DNA from: Leptospiraceae bacterium
GTDB taxonomy: Bacteria; Spirochaetota; Leptospiria; Leptospirales; Leptonemataceae
Length of the DNA: 64,000 bases
Assembly (NCBI GenBank): GCA_040217195.1
Contig: JAVJNR010000003.1
Span: 32,001 to 96,000, forward strand
Direction: 5' to 3'
This document shows positions 61,694 through 64,000 of this stretch, in pieces. Each line of letters begins with the position of its first letter. Position 1 is the first letter of the stretch. The notes under the pieces were generated by a model. The model was not told the DNA's origin. It made no database searches and was given only the letters and a program-made list of their open reading frames with translations. A program made the position numbers and the translations under genes.

Positions 61694-62029
61694 ATTGTCA
61701 GAATTGCACCATTCATCCAAAAAACCAGGCAAATCCGGCTTCGGACCTTTTTTACGGACAATTCGCCAATACAGCTCATCGAACGTTACTGAGTCCGGTG
61801 CCTGTCCTATTCTCCAACCTCTGCAGAACTGCTTATCGCCGGCGAATTACTCCAGTCCCGATCATCAGACTCATACGTCACGTTGCCCACGCATTGCAAT
61901 TTAATTGTGTCAGTTCCTGACATCGTCGGTTTCTGACATCTTAATCGAATCCTGTAAAACTCGAATACTATCGCTCAAATTGTTCTGTTCCTGCCGCTTC
62001 AGGTTTCAAAGTGCTTCTTTGTCTGACTT

Positions 62030-63907
62030 TCAGGAATCAGCAATATGCAGCCCGGTTTCTCGTATGAGATGGTTGCGCGAAGCATCTGCAATTTCACTTG
62101 CATTGCCGTAGAGAATGCATTTCTTTCGAGCTCGTGTGATTGCTGTATAGAGCAATTCTCGATTCAGACGCTGTCTGGACCCTTTCACCGAGTCCAGAAG
62201 GATCAGCACTGCATCGTATTCCGAGCCCTGGGATTTATGAATTGTATGGCAGAAAGCCGGTTCATGCTCCGGTAATGCATCCCTCTGAAAAGATCGAAAT
62301 GTGGTTTCCTGCCTGGATTCAGACGCCGAGGGAAAGTAGGCCCTGGGTTCTGCAGCTGCAGGAGCCACAATTCCAGTGTCTCCATTGTATAGCCGCCTGA
62401 TGTTGTCATTGCGATGAAGCATCACCGGCATTCCGGAAAACCAGCCCGGATTGCCGGAAAGACCAAACCGATCCATAACAATCTGACTGCAGGCTCGGTT
62501 CACTGCTTCCACTCCGGCCGGGCCCTTTCGCACCGGACTCAGAATTCGCATAGCATTGAGCCTGGCGAAAGCTTCCTCTAGATCCATTTCGGGTCCAAAC
62601 TGTGCTGCACTTGCATTTCCCATCCATCCCAGAAGAAGTTCTACAAGGCTTAGTTTCGAAGAATCAATGAACTGAACCCCGTCCTGATCCAGATCCACTC
62701 CATTTACCACATTACTTTCAATCTGCTCCAGGGAAGCTGCCGAAAGCTTACCTTCTCGAAGCTCAGAGGCAAAATCCATCAGGGCTCCGCCGAATCGATG
62801 GCTACCTTTTAAAAATACAGAAAAAGCAGGCTTCGCCTCCATGGATTCAGGCAAATCCGCAACTCTCTTTCTGAGCTGCGAATAGATGATCTCCATCCTC
62901 TTATGAGCATCTCCATCTTCTTTGATTCGCAAAAAGTCCTGCAATACAGCACCGGCCTCCACCGAAGGCAATTGGTCAGGATCTCCCAGAAGCACCAGGG
63001 TAGTTCGCGCCGGGTCCACAGCTTCCAGCAATCGGCCCATTAATGTTACATCTACCATGGACAATTCATCAATTACCAGCAGCCTGGCCGGCAACGGTAG
63101 GTCCGCATCATGGTAGTAGCCGGATGGACTGACTCCCAGCAATCTATGGATTGTACTGCTTCTTACCTGTAGTATTGAGTCTTGAATGGACGGATCGATT
63201 CGAGCCCTTTGCTCCAGGCTTTCCAGAACTCGACTGGCCGCTCTTCCGGTGGGAGCGGCAATGCGAATATCCTGGGGATCGATGCCGGATTCCATGGCCA
63301 CTTTCAAAATTGCATAGATCGTTGAGGTCTTACCTGATCCGGGGCCGCCGGTTACAAGAACCATGGGCAGAGTTCCAGCCAGTAGAACCGCATAGGCCTG
63401 CTCGGCCGTAAGATCCATCTTTTGCAACATTCTGAATAAGCCATCCAGAAGCTCTTCAGATGGTATCAAACCCTGGATACCCTGCCTGCTTTGCACCGAT
63501 TTCAGGAATTTCTGGCGGTAGTAGTAATGCGCCTGGAAGAAAAGAAAACCTCTATGATGAATCAGAGGCACATAGGGCACATCTTCAATCCCCGATGATG
63601 CAACTTCCTCCATGGAAGCCATTATCGCGCGAAAGGAATCTGGGTTGAATTTGCTTCGTTGCTCCATCCACCACTGAAGCGCTTCCTCGGAAAGTGCGGC
63701 TCCTAGAATAGCCTCAAGCCTGGAATCCGGGGAATGCACCGGAATACACAGACTGCCCGCCGAATTTGCAATCATCAAGGATAATAGCCAGAACATTGCG
63801 GAATCATCCAGGCCACCCATTTCTTTTAGATCATTACAAAGGTGAATCGAATGCAGATCCAGCCATCCTTCCTTGCGAAAGTATTGCAGATATGGATGGT
63901 CAGACAT
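62030..63907 (-). CDS. recD: Exodeoxyribonuclease V subunit alpha
   Basis: Motifs TGGPGSGKT, AAPTGRAA, TIHRLLG, IDELSM, GDPDQLPSVEAG, NGDTG, TIHKSQGSEY and YTAITRA. Confidence 0.95.
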   Translation of the reverse strand: MSDHPYLQYFRKEGWLDLHSIHLCNDLKEMGGLDDSAMFWLLSLMIANSAGSLCIPVHSPDSRLEAILGAALSEEALQWWMEQRSKFNPDSFRAIMASMEEVASSGIEDVPYVPLIHHRGFLFFQAHYYYRQKFLKSVQSRQGIQGLIPSEELLDGLFRMLQKMDLTAEQAYAVLLAGTLPMVLVTGGPGSGKTSTIYAILKVAMESGIDPQDIRIAAPTGRAASRVLESLEQRARIDPSIQDSILQVRSSTIHRLLGVSPSGYYHDADLPLPARLLVIDELSMVDVTLMGRLLEAVDPARTTLVLLGDPDQLPSVEAGAVLQDFLRIKEDGDAHKRMEIIYSQLRKRVADLPESMEAKPAFSVFLKGSHRFGGALMDFASELREGKLSAASLEQIESNVVNGVDLDQDGVQFIDSSKLSLVELLLGWMGNASAAQFGPEMDLEEAFARLNAMRILSPVRKGPAGVEAVNRACSQIVMDRFGLSGNPGWFSGMPVMLHRNDNIRRLYNGDTGIVAPAAAEPRAYFPSASESRQETTFRSFQRDALPEHEPAFCHTIHKSQGSEYDAVLILLDSVKGSRQRLNRELLYTAITRARKKCILYGNASEIADASRNHLIRETGLHIADS

Positions 63908-63998
63908 GCAACTGCTCCGGACTCAGATAATAGATACCCTCCTGGCTGCCATTTTTCATACCTCGAACGAATAAATAGTAGGCTCCCCCCAGGTGCAG
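63900..63998 (-). CDS. recB: Exodeoxyribonuclease V subunit beta, C-terminal end only
   Basis: LHLGGAYYLFVRGM...EGIY matches the RecB nuclease C-terminus. Overlaps the recD start and is cut by the window edge. Confidence 0.8.
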   Translation of the reverse strand: MHLGGAYYLFVRGMKNGSQEGIYYLSPEQLHV

Positions 63999-64000
63999 CT

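Noticed and set aside
61694..62029. Short ORFs between the EAL gene and recD
   Set aside because: No recognisable motifs or convincing RBS/start on either strand, so they were left unannotated.
1..64000. rRNA, tRNA, IS elements, integrases or defence islands
   Set aside because: No such signatures were recognised by eye. A tRNAscan/Infernal/ISEScan run would be needed to exclude them formally.

Overview
Gene-dense bacterial chromosomal segment with roughly balanced GC. It is inferred to come from a free-living Leptospiraceae-like spirochaete, based on a 7TM-DISM sensor, a Leptospira-type outer-membrane protein and several lipoproteins; this was not tested by any search. It carries about 60 mostly housekeeping or metabolic CDSs, including nadA, nadC, ispF, mltG, rplM-rpsI, feoAB, ndh, tilS, manA, hom, recD and the 3' end of recB. 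No rRNA, tRNA, integrase, transposase or CRISPR array was seen. The most unusual signals are: (1) a non-coding tandem array of three 122-bp units (20575-20940), each a chain of small hairpins, bounded by AGCGTA direct repeats; (2) a monocistronic gene for an HTH plus histone-H1-like-tail protein (18229-18552) next to a hairpin-dense intergenic region; (3) a PAS-GAF-PAS-GGDEF-EAL gene split by a single in-frame TAG; (4) several full-length proteins with degenerate catalytic motifs (DegT-like, beta-lactamase-like, NAGK domain). All calls come from reading motifs by eye; no database searches were run.
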